Position numbers and translations under genes: made by a program. The notes below the pieces were generated by a model. The model made no database searches and was not told the DNA's origin. It worked only from the letters and a program-made list of their open reading frames with translations. Of a DNA stretch of 64,000 nt, positions 21,328 to 30,663 are shown in pieces. Positions within the stretch are counted from its first letter, which is position 1. Each line of letters opens with the position of its first letter. The stretch covers positions 1,824,001-1,888,000 of the forward strand of contig OY969559.1 in assembly GCA_963701075.1 (NCBI GenBank), in the 5' to 3' direction. This stretch comes from an uncultured Nitrososphaerota archaeon. GTDB taxonomy: Archaea > Thermoproteota > Nitrososphaeria > Nitrososphaerales > Nitrosopumilaceae.

Positions 21328-21471
21328 CTAAGGCTTTCCTATTCGAAAGACGTTAGTGCCACATTTTGGGCAGGTTCCCTTTACCGCAGGTCGTCCATTC
21401 TTTCACTTAACTTCTTTTGGATTTGCGATCTCGACTTTCTTCCTGCATTTTACGCAATACGCTTGAGTCAT
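21328..21471 (-). CDS. Small Zn-binding basic protein (DUF5679-like) with an in-frame TGA
   Basis: Manual translation MTQAYCVKCRKKVEIANPKEVK*KNGRPAVKGTCPKCGTNVFRIGKP; absent from the ORF track. Confidence 0.7.
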
Positions 21472-21724
21472 TTCACGTTCTTACGAAAGAAGTTGTATAT
21501 AGCAAGGCGCTGTAAAAATTATTTAACTATACGCTAGAGGCTGTTAAATTTTTACAATGTCTTTCTCAGGCCATACATAAAGAATTTATACAAATAGTTG
21601 CACTTTTTTGATATTTCTTAGATTGAAATGATCCAACTTGAAGAAATTAACAGATTGGCCAATTGAATCATCAAATTGTTTTACCCGAGTTATACTTTTA
21701 AACGTCATAAAGAGAGTCAGTGAA

Positions 21725-22222
21725 ATGGTAACCAGAAAAGGCATTATCATTACGATCATAGTATTTGGTGCCATAACAGCAGCAAGTTCGGTCATATGGA
21801 TATTGCCGCAAAATAGAGGGCCAACTTTTGTTATATCAGATTATGGAAATGAGATTGAAAGTGTAAAAGAACGACATTTGTTGATAATGAGTGAGATGGA
21901 TTCAGACCTAACTGGCTTGTTAAACAACACTATTACACCAGACGACTTTATAGCCAGAGCACAGGCATCATCGTCTCAAACTACTTCTCTCATAACGGAG
22001 GTTATAGAAAGTAACCCTCCTTCAGAATGGGAAGAGAGCTATCTCAACTATGATGAGGCATTAAAAAAGTACAATGACTACCTCACAGAAACCATTGCTC
22101 TGGCCAATAAGATAAAGGACAACGCTTCATCTAATGATTTGTCTGACGAGATGTCAAAGATAGATTCATTGAGAAATGATACCAACTCATTTATTGTAAA
22201 GTCTAATGAGACGGCTCCATGA
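21725..22222 (+). CDS. Membrane-anchored helical hypothetical protein
   Basis: Basic residues plus a TM helix at the N-terminus, acidic helical domain. Confidence 0.7.
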   Translation: MVTRKGIIITIIVFGAITAASSVIWILPQNRGPTFVISDYGNEIESVKERHLLIMSEMDSDLTGLLNNTITPDDFIARAQASSSQTTSLITEVIESNPPSEWEESYLNYDEALKKYNDYLTETIALANKIKDNASSNDLSDEMSKIDSLRNDTNSFIVKSNETAP

Positions 22223-22326
22223 TATTATCAAAATCCCCCTTGAGAGGGTCAAAACTTTCTTCAATTTTTGTAATATTTGGTAGAAATTAGATTAATTAAT
22301 AGGAAATACAATTTTTATCCTGTATC

Positions 22327-23475
22327 ATGGCAACCAAAGAGACCAGTTTACGAAAGGGCAGTACAGAGACAAAAACTAGCAGGCTATTGGTAATCTGCGT
22401 TGACAGAGACGATGACATAGGAAGCAAAGCAGGAGTCAATACCCCAACAGTAGGACGAAATGCTTGTCTTGAAGCAGCACAACGACTTGCGCTTGAAGAT
22501 CCTGAAGATGCCGATTCTAATTCCATCTTTGCCGCTGTTAAAACTTTTGAAGATTTGGTAAGCAAGGGATACCAAGCAGAAGTAGCAATCGTTTCTGGAA
22601 CGGAAGATAAAGGAGTACAAGGTGACGAAAAAATTGTTTCACAGGTAAGAGCCATAGTAGAAGTGTTTTCAGCTAATGGTGCAGTGATTGTATCAGATGG
22701 AGAAGACGATGAAAGTGTGATTCCAATAATTCAAAATGTTTTGCCTGTAGTATCAGTCAAACGAGTTGTTATGAGAGCCAGTAGAAGTGTAGAGTATTCT
22801 TATGCAGTATTTGGAAGATATTTGAAAGCTATTGCTTTTGATTCAAAGTATTCAAAATTCTTTCTAGGAGTTCCTGGAATTTTACTAGTGATCGGCGGAA
22901 TCGCAACAGTACTTGGACTTACAAAAGAAATTTTTGCAGTAATGGTAAGCATTCTTGGAGGAGCATTTCTTATCAGAGCGTTTGATGTTGACAGGGCATG
23001 GTCACATTGGACAAAACCAACTCCTGCTGGATTCATAAGGGTGTTTACACTTGTGGCGGGAATTCTTTTTGTTCTAGCATCCATAGCAGCTGGAGTCACT
23101 GCTATTAGCCCGCAGATATCAACTGCAAAACCAGACGAGATACTCAAGATAGTAATGGACAAACAAAATATCGGACTGTTTGTTTCCGGAATGCTGCCAT
23201 TTCTCTGGATGGGAATTGGTTGTATACTTGGTGGATCGTTGCTGAGCAGTTGGTTTAGAGGAAGTATTAGATCAATTACAGACATACTAAGAATAATTGT
23301 GCTTCTAACACTCTATCCAATAATTGCGCAGTTCAATGTAGTCATAACAAGAGATGAGAGCCCTTTCACATTGATTCCTCCGTTGCTTCTGGGTTTGGCA
23401 GTAATACTGATATCAGCGTCACTGCTCTTCCATAAATATAGAAGGAAGAAGGGTGGCGAGGTTCTATCGGAATAA
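22327..23475 (+). CDS. DUF373 family membrane protein
   Basis: LVICVDRDDDIG.KAG, DPEDADSN, VSDGEDDE, multiple TM helices. Confidence 0.85.
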   Translation: MATKETSLRKGSTETKTSRLLVICVDRDDDIGSKAGVNTPTVGRNACLEAAQRLALEDPEDADSNSIFAAVKTFEDLVSKGYQAEVAIVSGTEDKGVQGDEKIVSQVRAIVEVFSANGAVIVSDGEDDESVIPIIQNVLPVVSVKRVVMRASRSVEYSYAVFGRYLKAIAFDSKYSKFFLGVPGILLVIGGIATVLGLTKEIFAVMVSILGGAFLIRAFDVDRAWSHWTKPTPAGFIRVFTLVAGILFVLASIAAGVTAISPQISTAKPDEILKIVMDKQNIGLFVSGMLPFLWMGIGCILGGSLLSSWFRGSIRSITDILRIIVLLTLYPIIAQFNVVITRDESPFTLIPPLLLGLAVILISASLLFHKYRRKKGGEVLSE

Positions 23476-24254
23476 AAGACATAACTTTTCAATTAGGGGG
23501 TTTTTACACCCTTTACTCTAAAAAACTTGAAAAGGAAATACGTACAGGAGAGATTCCAAAACACATAGCAATAATACTTGATGGTAATAGAAGATGGGCT
23601 AAAAGAAACCTAATCATGAAGGCAGATGGCCATTTTAGAGGAGCAGATGCTGTTGAAAAATTGTTAGACTGGTGTGAGGAACTAAACATCAAGATAATTA
23701 CCCTTTATGTCCTGTCGGCAGAAAATCTAACCCGAAACGATGAGGAATTAGAGCATCTTTATGATTTGATTAACCGGAGATTAGAGAAACTGTACAACGA
23801 CCCACGAATTCATAAAAACCGTATGCGGGTAAAGGCAATTGGTCGTATTGAACTACTGCCAGATTTCCTAAGAGAGATCCTAAACAAGCTTGAAACAGTG
23901 ACAAAGGATTACGATAACCATTATCTCAATATAGCGGTGGCCTACGGAGGGCAGAACGAAATGGTTGATGCCATAAAGAAGATTGCTTCTAGGATCAAGG
24001 ATGGTTCTCTTGATGTAAACCAGATAGACAAGGATGTGATAGAATCGTGTCTTTACACATCACATCTGCCACAATCATCTCCTGACATGATATTGAGGAC
24101 GTCGGGGGAGAAACGACTGAGTGGATTTCTAATGTGGCAAAGTGCCTACAGCGAGTCTGTTTTCATGGATGTTTATTGGCCAGAATTTAGAAAAATTGAT
24201 CTTATGCGAGCCATTAGAACATTTCAGAAGAGGGGTCGCAGACTTGGCAAATAG
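23453..24254 (+). CDS. uppS: cis-polyprenyl diphosphate synthase
   Basis: HIAIILDGNRRWA lies in frame upstream of the called ATG; RTSGEKRLSGF; true start unclear, possible indel near 23475. Confidence 0.88.
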
Positions 24255-24290
24255 AAAAGAGAAATACTAGTTTTATAAAGTTACAACATA

Positions 24291-24707
24291 ATGCTTGAGG
24301 AGAGATCAGCTGGGGCAATCTTATACCGTGAATCACCTTCAGGTAAACTCTACTTGCTTTTGAACTATCCCTCCGGACATTGGGATTTTGTCAAGGGAAA
24401 TATTGAGAAAGGAGAGACTTTCAAACAGACAACCTTACGAGAGATCAGAGAGGAAACAGGCATAACGGATGTGAGTTTTGTAGAAGGTTTCCAGAACAAG
24501 GTGGAATATCATTATCAGCGCGATGGCGAGCTTGTGCACAAGGAAGTTGTTTTCTTTCTAGCAAAGACAGCAACGGAACATGTAGAAATATCATACGAGC
24601 ACTTGGGATTCATCTGGCTCAAATTCAATGACGCATTGAAGAAATTAACATACAAAACAGCTCAGAGCATGCTGAAAAAAGTAAATGAACTAGGGTTCGA
24701 GACTTAG
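24291..24707 (+). CDS. NUDIX hydrolase (Ap4A hydrolase-like)
   Basis: GHWDFVKG and Nudix box G....GE....T.REIREETG. Confidence 0.88.
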   Translation: MLEERSAGAILYRESPSGKLYLLLNYPSGHWDFVKGNIEKGETFKQTTLREIREETGITDVSFVEGFQNKVEYHYQRDGELVHKEVVFFLAKTATEHVEISYEHLGFIWLKFNDALKKLTYKTAQSMLKKVNELGFET

Positions 24708-25442
24708 TTGCTGAAGCTTTTTTGCTTCTGAAATTTGGTTTTGAGAATTGAGAATTGTTCTTCCAACTATTAGGTAACTAGAGCCTGCTTGCAGAGTTTT
24801 TCTTGCATCTCCACCTTGTGTTCCTACCCCTGGTGAATAAATTTCGCAGCGACCTCTGATAGATTTAGCTGTGGAAGATATGATGTCAGGCACTGTAGCA
24901 CCTACCACTATCCCATCAACATTTGAAGAATATGACCATTTTAAGAACAAGTCATGAAGTTTTTGCATTTTACCTGTTCTGGGATCCTTTACACCAAGTC
25001 CATATCCCAACTTTGCTCCTGGGTGACTCATGTGTACAAGCGTTATCACTCCATGTCCATCACTGTGAGCTGTCTTGACTAGTTCTTTTAGATTTTCAAG
25101 TCCCATTATTGGGTTTGCAATGACTGCATCAAATCCACATCTCCAAAGTCTCTGTATAGCAATCATGTTTGTATTTCCTATATCGTTTAGTTTGATGTCA
25201 GCAATTGTTTGCAGTCCTTTGCTGTGAGCAAGTCGATTTATTTTTGTTAGACTTTTGTCGCTCAAAGGCAGTATCACGTGAAAATTGAATTTGATCGCAC
25301 AGAGATATTTGCTCAGTCTATTTATGTTAGCAATTGTTTTTTTTTCTAATTTGTCAGCACTTGTGTCATCTAAATCATTGGCAAGTATTATTCTGCTCTT
25401 TCCTGATGAGGCTTTTTCTATTCTTCTTCTAAAACCTATCAT
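24690..25442 (-). CDS. pyrF: Orotidine 5'-phosphate decarboxylase
   Basis: DIKLNDIGNT, VVGAT, SPGVGTQGG, IVGR. Confidence 0.92.
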   Translation of the reverse strand: MIGFRRRIEKASSGKSRIILANDLDDTSADKLEKKTIANINRLSKYLCAIKFNFHVILPLSDKSLTKINRLAHSKGLQTIADIKLNDIGNTNMIAIQRLWRCGFDAVIANPIMGLENLKELVKTAHSDGHGVITLVHMSHPGAKLGYGLGVKDPRTGKMQKLHDLFLKWSYSSNVDGIVVGATVPDIISSTAKSIRGRCEIYSPGVGTQGGDARKTLQAGSSYLIVGRTILNSQNQISEAKKLQQLSLEP

Positions 25443-26092
25443 AGCTTGACTAGAGGGTGTTTACCTTTTAGCTTTATTACTTTAAGGTATGAGTAACCAT
25501 GTTCGTTTAGACCGCTAACAAAGGAGGGTTCAATGCCATCCTTGCTTGAATATTTTAGGAATGGTTTTGTGGGCTCATAGTCAATTTTAACATGGCAAAA
25601 ATAGGATGCTTCGTCAGATTCATTAAAGTTCATGAACACGCCTACAAGCCATTTTGAACCCTCAGGAAATGCAAATAGTGGGAATGGAGACTCTTCAAAT
25701 CCATAGCTTAGTTTTATCAGGCTTGTAGAATCCTCAAGCTCAAGTGACTCGTACATTACTTCAGATTCAGCAGTTTCGGGTTTGAGAGATTCTGGCAGTG
25801 TCTTTATTCTTATAATTGGAGAGTAAAGATAAGTTGGATTTGTTATTGTGTTGACAATATTGCAATCTTCTTTGTTTGTTTTGAAACCATATGAAAGATA
25901 GTGACCAGTGTTTGCATTTTGGACATAATAACTCACAGGCCTTTCTTTTAGGAGATCCATTTGGACTGAAATTACGTCCTTTCCATCCAACGCAAAAGAG
26001 AAGCACGTACGAGGAATTCTTTCCAGAGCGCAAACAAGTCGTGAAAATTCATTCATATCAGAAACTTCGACATAGTACGGATGTTTAACCAT
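25439..26092 (-). CDS. Conserved hypothetical protein
   Basis: 217-aa ORF overlapping the pyrF start by 4 nt. Confidence 0.7.
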   Translation of the reverse strand: MVKHPYYVEVSDMNEFSRLVCALERIPRTCFSFALDGKDVISVQMDLLKERPVSYYVQNANTGHYLSYGFKTNKEDCNIVNTITNPTYLYSPIIRIKTLPESLKPETAESEVMYESLELEDSTSLIKLSYGFEESPFPLFAFPEGSKWLVGVFMNFNESDEASYFCHVKIDYEPTKPFLKYSSKDGIEPSFVSGLNEHGYSYLKVIKLKGKHPLVKL

Positions 26093-26138
26093 AGGATCAC
26101 TCCTAAAATCACCACATTAAAAGTAGTCGTTTGTTATT

Positions 26139-27143
26139 TTACTGGTTTCTTCTATCAATGGTGTCATTGACTTCAGGTCCAGTGCCAATCAAGGTTACAG
26201 GCACCTTCAGTTTATCTTCAATAGTTTTTATGAAATACTGAGCAGGCGAACTGAGGTCAGAAAATGATTGCATGTGAGCACATTCAGGATATAGCACGTC
26301 AAGCTTTGTGATTGCAATCTGTGTAGCACTGTTTAACATTATAGATCGTTTTGCAAGTTCAAAATCAAATTCTGCTGCTCTTCTTTGTCTACCTGTGACA
26401 GTACCAACCTCTTGCCATCCTTTTGCGATGGCCTTTTCTGGACTTATTTCATTTTTTAGCGGACCTTCTCCCACCCTAGTAACAAATGATTTGAAGACAA
26501 TTACTACCTCGTCGACGCTTTTTGGACCTATCCCTACGTCCGCACATATTCCAGATGCCGTAACATCCTTTGAGGTAACATATGGATATGTCCCATGCCA
26601 CAGTGAGAGAAAAGTTCCCTGGGTTCCTTCTACCAGAACTGGTTCTTTCCTTTCGAGCGCAAAATTAACTGCATTAGGAATATCATCAAGGTACAGTGCA
26701 AGTGAGTCAATCTCTTTTGCAAGCTTGAGTGTTCTCATGGCCCTGTCTGCATTGGCAGGTCCAGTTCCTGTTCCCGTGCTGCCAATAGATTCTTTCAGCC
26801 TTCCTTGAGAATCAGCTGCTCTGTGAGAATCCTCAATGATTCCACATTGATAGTCAACAAAGGATCTATCCTGAGTGCCAAATTCAGATATTTCTTTTAG
26901 TAATACGTCCAAGCTTAGTACAACACCTGGCCCCACCAGCAATCTCGTATTAGGATTTAGAAATGCACTTGGGAGCATTCTTACTTTGTACTTTTTGCCA
27001 TTATGCTCTATAGTGTGACCTGCATTAGGCCCTACACCACCTCTAACGGCTATTACAGGATTATCTTTCATAGCAAGGTATGAAACAATCTTGCCCTTAC
27101 CTTCATCTCCAAAGAAACCACCAACAATAACTGTAGAAGGCAT
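26139..27143 (-). CDS. purA: Adenylosuccinate synthetase
   Basis: GDEGKGK, NAGHT, TYPYVTS, GTVTGRQRR, TKLD. Confidence 0.96.
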   Translation of the reverse strand: MPSTVIVGGFFGDEGKGKIVSYLAMKDNPVIAVRGGVGPNAGHTIEHNGKKYKVRMLPSAFLNPNTRLLVGPGVVLSLDVLLKEISEFGTQDRSFVDYQCGIIEDSHRAADSQGRLKESIGSTGTGTGPANADRAMRTLKLAKEIDSLALYLDDIPNAVNFALERKEPVLVEGTQGTFLSLWHGTYPYVTSKDVTASGICADVGIGPKSVDEVVIVFKSFVTRVGEGPLKNEISPEKAIAKGWQEVGTVTGRQRRAAEFDFELAKRSIMLNSATQIAITKLDVLYPECAHMQSFSDLSSPAQYFIKTIEDKLKVPVTLIGTGPEVNDTIDRRNQ

Positions 27144-27223
27144 AAAGGAGGAGCGTATGTGGATATATTTAAGCCAAATCTTAGCAATACAATTTTAGCA
27201 AAGAAGATGAACTGCAACTTTGC

Positions 27224-27685
27224 ATGTCAGAACCAAATTATGCTGGAAACATTATCGTCTCCTTGGCAAATCTTCCAGAATTTCTCCGCAAGCCCATACT
27301 ACAAAAAAGGTTGTCAGAGTTTTTTTCAATGTCAAAGGAAGACAAGATGGAGATCATAAACAATGCACTACAAGCAGGACCCACTATCAGGTTTGACAAG
27401 TTTTCAACCTTGTTTAAGACATGGCTTGAAGTGTTATGCAATCTATCAGAAGAACAGAGACGTGTAATGTTTAGTACATACATTATTGAGATTACAAGTC
27501 ATCCCGAAAAGATAATCGCATTTAACCTAGACGGAATTTTTGAAGTGTATCTTTCATTAACAGATGAGCAGAAGAACAAGATATCAAACACCATAGGAGA
27601 GATTGTGAATTCTCTTGATATTGATTCAAGAAAAAGGCTTTACCTTATAATTCCTGAAAGAGCCAAAAAAGAAATAAGAATTTAA
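27224..27685 (+). CDS. Conserved hypothetical helical protein
   Basis: 153-aa ORF divergent from purA. Confidence 0.7.
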   Translation: MSEPNYAGNIIVSLANLPEFLRKPILQKRLSEFFSMSKEDKMEIINNALQAGPTIRFDKFSTLFKTWLEVLCNLSEEQRRVMFSTYIIEITSHPEKIIAFNLDGIFEVYLSLTDEQKNKISNTIGEIVNSLDIDSRKRLYLIIPERAKKEIRI

Positions 27686-27957
27686 AGCGGCTTGTCAGGT
27701 TTTCGCTGGTTCTCATCAGCAAAATTTACGATCTCGCCTTCAGGCGTCATTACTCCAACAAAGACCTTTTCGTACTTTTTTACCACTTTTCTGTGGTCTG
27801 GCATTGACATATCTAGCCGCATTTCATTCATAACCATGACCCTGTATTGCTTCCATTCCTCCCAACATTCGTTACAACAAGGGTAGGTAGATGCTATAGG
27901 ATCTAACTCTACGTTATCAGGAATTTCCTTTTTACATTTAGTGCAGTTTCTTGCCAT
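27682..27957 (-). CDS. Fe(II)-trafficking YggX-like protein
   Basis: CWEEWKQYRVMVMNEMRLDMS resembles the YggX W..W...Q..LINE.RL motif. Confidence 0.65.
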   Translation of the reverse strand: MARNCTKCKKEIPDNVELDPIASTYPCCNECWEEWKQYRVMVMNEMRLDMSMPDHRKVVKKYEKVFVGVMTPEGEIVNFADENQRKPDKPL

Positions 27958-28029
27958 AGTAAACCCACCAAAATTTAGCAATTTATTTCTTTAAGAAGAG
28001 ATATTAGGGAAAATCTACTATAATATGAC

Positions 28030-28236
28030 ATGAAGGTCAAGTGCCCCAAATGTGACGACATTGCTGAATTAGGGGATGACTTTTCCTATGTAAAATGTTC
28101 AAAATGTTCCTTGGACATGACGTATGGAGAATATGTCAAATTCATAGCATACAAGGATGCCATATATTCTGACATATTGGGAGATTACGCCAAAGACACA
28201 AACGGTTCGGCAGCAGGAACTCTTGATGAGTGGTAG
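28030..28236 (+). CDS. Small zinc-ribbon protein
   Basis: CPKC and CSKC motifs. Confidence 0.7.
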   Translation: MKVKCPKCDDIAELGDDFSYVKCSKCSLDMTYGEYVKFIAYKDAIYSDILGDYAKDTNGSAAGTLDEW

Positions 28237-28295
28237 AAAAAAAGCTACTACAAGGCTTTAATTAATTTCGAAATGCTAGTGCGCTTAGTTGGCAT

Positions 28296-28928
28296 TTGTA
28301 TTTGAGACAGACTCTTAACTTGCTGGGGTTTGTTGTCGGTCTTGCATTAGGAATTTTTTCTTACATTGGATTCAAGAATACTGGAAGCCCGACATTATTC
28401 AGGCTAAACATTGCCTTTTTTTCAATCGGCATAGGTTTTGGAGTGGTCGGATTTGGGTACATGATAGAGTCGTTCATACTAAACTATGCACAGACTGACA
28501 GTTGGATTCAGACACTTGGAATAGGAATTCAGACCATAGGATACTTTTTCATTGCGTTTTCACATGGTATCAAATCATTTTTCCCAAAATCTCGGTACTT
28601 CAAATCCATCATATTCCCACTTTTCATCATACCCGGAAATTCAATTGAGCACATTATAAGGTCAATTTCTTTTATCCTATTGGTATATGGGACGATTGAG
28701 ACCATTATGTCGTATATGGAAAATAGGAAACGAAGCACTATCTTTGTTGCTGCCGGACTTGGATTGCTTGCTTTGGGTGAATTCCTAGGTTGGTATTCAA
28801 TAATATTTCCAAAATCGATACTCTACTTTGTCTCGCTTTCTACAAAGATAATAGGTCTTGGCGCTCTGTTCATCCCAATCTCTCAAGTTCCTTTAAGAGG
28901 AGGTCTAAAGCTTGGCGGCAATATATAG
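28296..28928 (+). CDS. Multi-pass (about 6-7 TM) membrane protein
   Basis: Alternating hydrophobic segments; overlaps the downstream wHTH gene. Confidence 0.75.
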   Translation: MYLRQTLNLLGFVVGLALGIFSYIGFKNTGSPTLFRLNIAFFSIGIGFGVVGFGYMIESFILNYAQTDSWIQTLGIGIQTIGYFFIAFSHGIKSFFPKSRYFKSIIFPLFIIPGNSIEHIIRSISFILLVYGTIETIMSYMENRKRSTIFVAAGLGLLALGEFLGWYSIIFPKSILYFVSLSTKIIGLGALFIPISQVPLRGGLKLGGNI

Positions 28929-29202
28929 AACTCACATGAGCATCATAGGAGACATTCTTTCTACTACCAGAGATGAGGCTCCAGATGAATCTGGTGCAAG
29001 CGTAACCTACCTAATAAGAAAAGCCAATGTCTCATACGGAAGACTGGCAAAAATCTTGGAGACTCTGGTTCAGCAAGGCCTTCTTGAACAGACCACATCA
29101 GACAGAGCTTGCAAATACAGAATTAGCTCAAGGGGTAGAGAGTTCCTACAAGCATATCGTGGTTTTAGAGAATTTGCCGATTCCTTTGGGTTAAGAATTT
29201 AA
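28912..29202 (+). CDS. Winged-helix transcriptional regulator
   Basis: YRTHMSIIGDIL...TYLIRKANVSY..L..L...GLL...Y.IS.RG.EFL. Confidence 0.85.
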   Translation: MAAIYRTHMSIIGDILSTTRDEAPDESGASVTYLIRKANVSYGRLAKILETLVQQGLLEQTTSDRACKYRISSRGREFLQAYRGFREFADSFGLRI

Positions 29203-29288
29203 TCAGATTCATTTTCAACGTCTTCATATTCATCTTCTATATCGTCATCGAATTCATCTTCAAATTCATTCTCGAACTCGTCAGACAT
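29199..29288 (-). CDS. Candidate acidic micropeptide (29 aa)
   Basis: MSDEFENEFEDEFDDDIEDEYEDVENESD*; TTTTATAG box about 25 nt upstream. Confidence 0.45.
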   Translation of the reverse strand: MSDEFENEFEDEFDDDIEDEYEDVENESD

Positions 29289-29357
29289 CAAGGATTAGAG
29301 AAAATATTTTACTATAAAAGACTTACACAGATGCGTCTGCGTTATTTGCAAATGTTA

Positions 29358-29471
29358 TCACACGATAGGTTCTACCCAACCACCGCATGAGACACAGATA
29401 TTCATGCCGTCGTCATTTACGTATGTTTCTCCGCCGGGTGGGCAATGACATTGCGATACTTCTTCATCCAT
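29358..29471 (-). CDS. Candidate Cys-rich micro-protein (37 aa)
   Basis: MDEEVSQCHCPPGGETYVNDDGMNICVSCGGWVEPIV*; TATA-like ATATAA upstream. Confidence 0.5.
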   Translation of the reverse strand: MDEEVSQCHCPPGGETYVNDDGMNICVSCGGWVEPIV

Positions 29472-29545
29472 GTAAGATATATGCGATGCAACCTTATATC
29501 GTTTTTAGAACAAGAGATAATTTACTACTATTTATCAGATAAGTT

Positions 29546-30145
29546 ATGATCGTACCATGTGACCATAATGGAATCATCATGGCGTCGGATATAGTTAGGA
29601 AAGGAGGTACCGTGGTATTTCCAACAGATACCGTATACGGAATAGGATGCGATCCATTCAACAGCAAGGCAGTTAGGACAATTTACAGAATAAAGGGACG
29701 CGAAGAATCAAAACAGTTACCTGTTCTTGGCTTCTCCATTTCTGAAATATCAAAGATTGCCATTTTTGATGAATTGTCAAAGAGATTTGCTGCCAAGTTC
29801 TGGCCAGGGCCATTAACACTAATTCTTGGCATAAAAGAAGAAAAGATTGCAAAATCTCTTGGTCTTGATGAAAAGATAGCTGTACGTGTACCAAGTCATC
29901 CATGTGCGCTAAAACTTCTCAAAGAATGCAAGCTGCTTGTGGGAACAAGTGCAAATATAACTGGCCAGCCATCCTCTGCAGACTCGCATGAGATAATAAA
30001 AGAATTAGAAGGATACGACATATTGCTAGACGGCGGAAAAATACTAAATTCTGTCGAGTCAACCATCATAGAAGTTGTTGGAAGCAAATTTCGCATGATA
30101 CGTGAAGGGAAAGTTAGTGAAAAGGAGTTGCTTGCGCTAGTTTGA
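29546..30145 (+). CDS. sua5: Threonylcarbamoyl-AMP synthase (short YrdC/TsaC type)
   Basis: PTDTVYGIGC, IKGR, FWPGPLT, TSAN, STII. Confidence 0.92.
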   Translation: MIVPCDHNGIIMASDIVRKGGTVVFPTDTVYGIGCDPFNSKAVRTIYRIKGREESKQLPVLGFSISEISKIAIFDELSKRFAAKFWPGPLTLILGIKEEKIAKSLGLDEKIAVRVPSHPCALKLLKECKLLVGTSANITGQPSSADSHEIIKELEGYDILLDGGKILNSVESTIIEVVGSKFRMIREGKVSEKELLALV

Positions 30146-30663
30146 ATCTAATTGTAACATGTAGCCGTAATTTTGAGGAAGAAGCGTCTGATGAGATTTC
30201 AAATATACTTCAGACACTAGGAGATGACAAAGCAGTGACAAAGAACAGTGAATTTTCTGGAATAGTGGTAGTAGATACATCGCTAGACCCCTTTGAAGCT
30301 GTAGGTAAAATCAGAGCAAAAATTCTCGATGAGCCATGGAGTATCAGATATTGTCATCGATTCATACCAATTCAAGAGTCTACCAAGACTGTACTTGATG
30401 CAATAGTAAAAGCTGTACAAGAACATGTCAGTAACATACAACCAGATGATTCTTACCGAATCACAATTGAGAAACGCGGTTCAGAGTTATCCTCTAAAGA
30501 GATAATCGATTCTGTCGCAGAAATTATTAGAAATAAAGTATCACTTGAAGAATATGATTGGAATATCATAATTGAAATTCTTGGAAATATAACTGGCGTT
30601 GCAGTGCTAAAGGACCAAGACATAGTAAGCACCCTAAAACTAAAGCGAGATTCAATGGAGTAA
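30142..30663 (+). CDS. THUMP-domain RNA-binding protein
   Basis: NLIVTC.R..E, RFIPI, YRITIEKR, NKVSLE.YD. Confidence 0.85.
   Translation: MNLIVTCSRNFEEEASDEISNILQTLGDDKAVTKNSEFSGIVVVDTSLDPFEAVGKIRAKILDEPWSIRYCHRFIPIQESTKTVLDAIVKAVQEHVSNIQPDDSYRITIEKRGSELSSKEIIDSVAEIIRNKVSLEEYDWNIIIEILGNITGVAVLKDQDIVSTLKLKRDSME

Noticed and set aside
21403-21405. Selenocysteine codon
   Set aside because: Not at a Cys position, no SECIS evident, and this lineage is not known to use Sec
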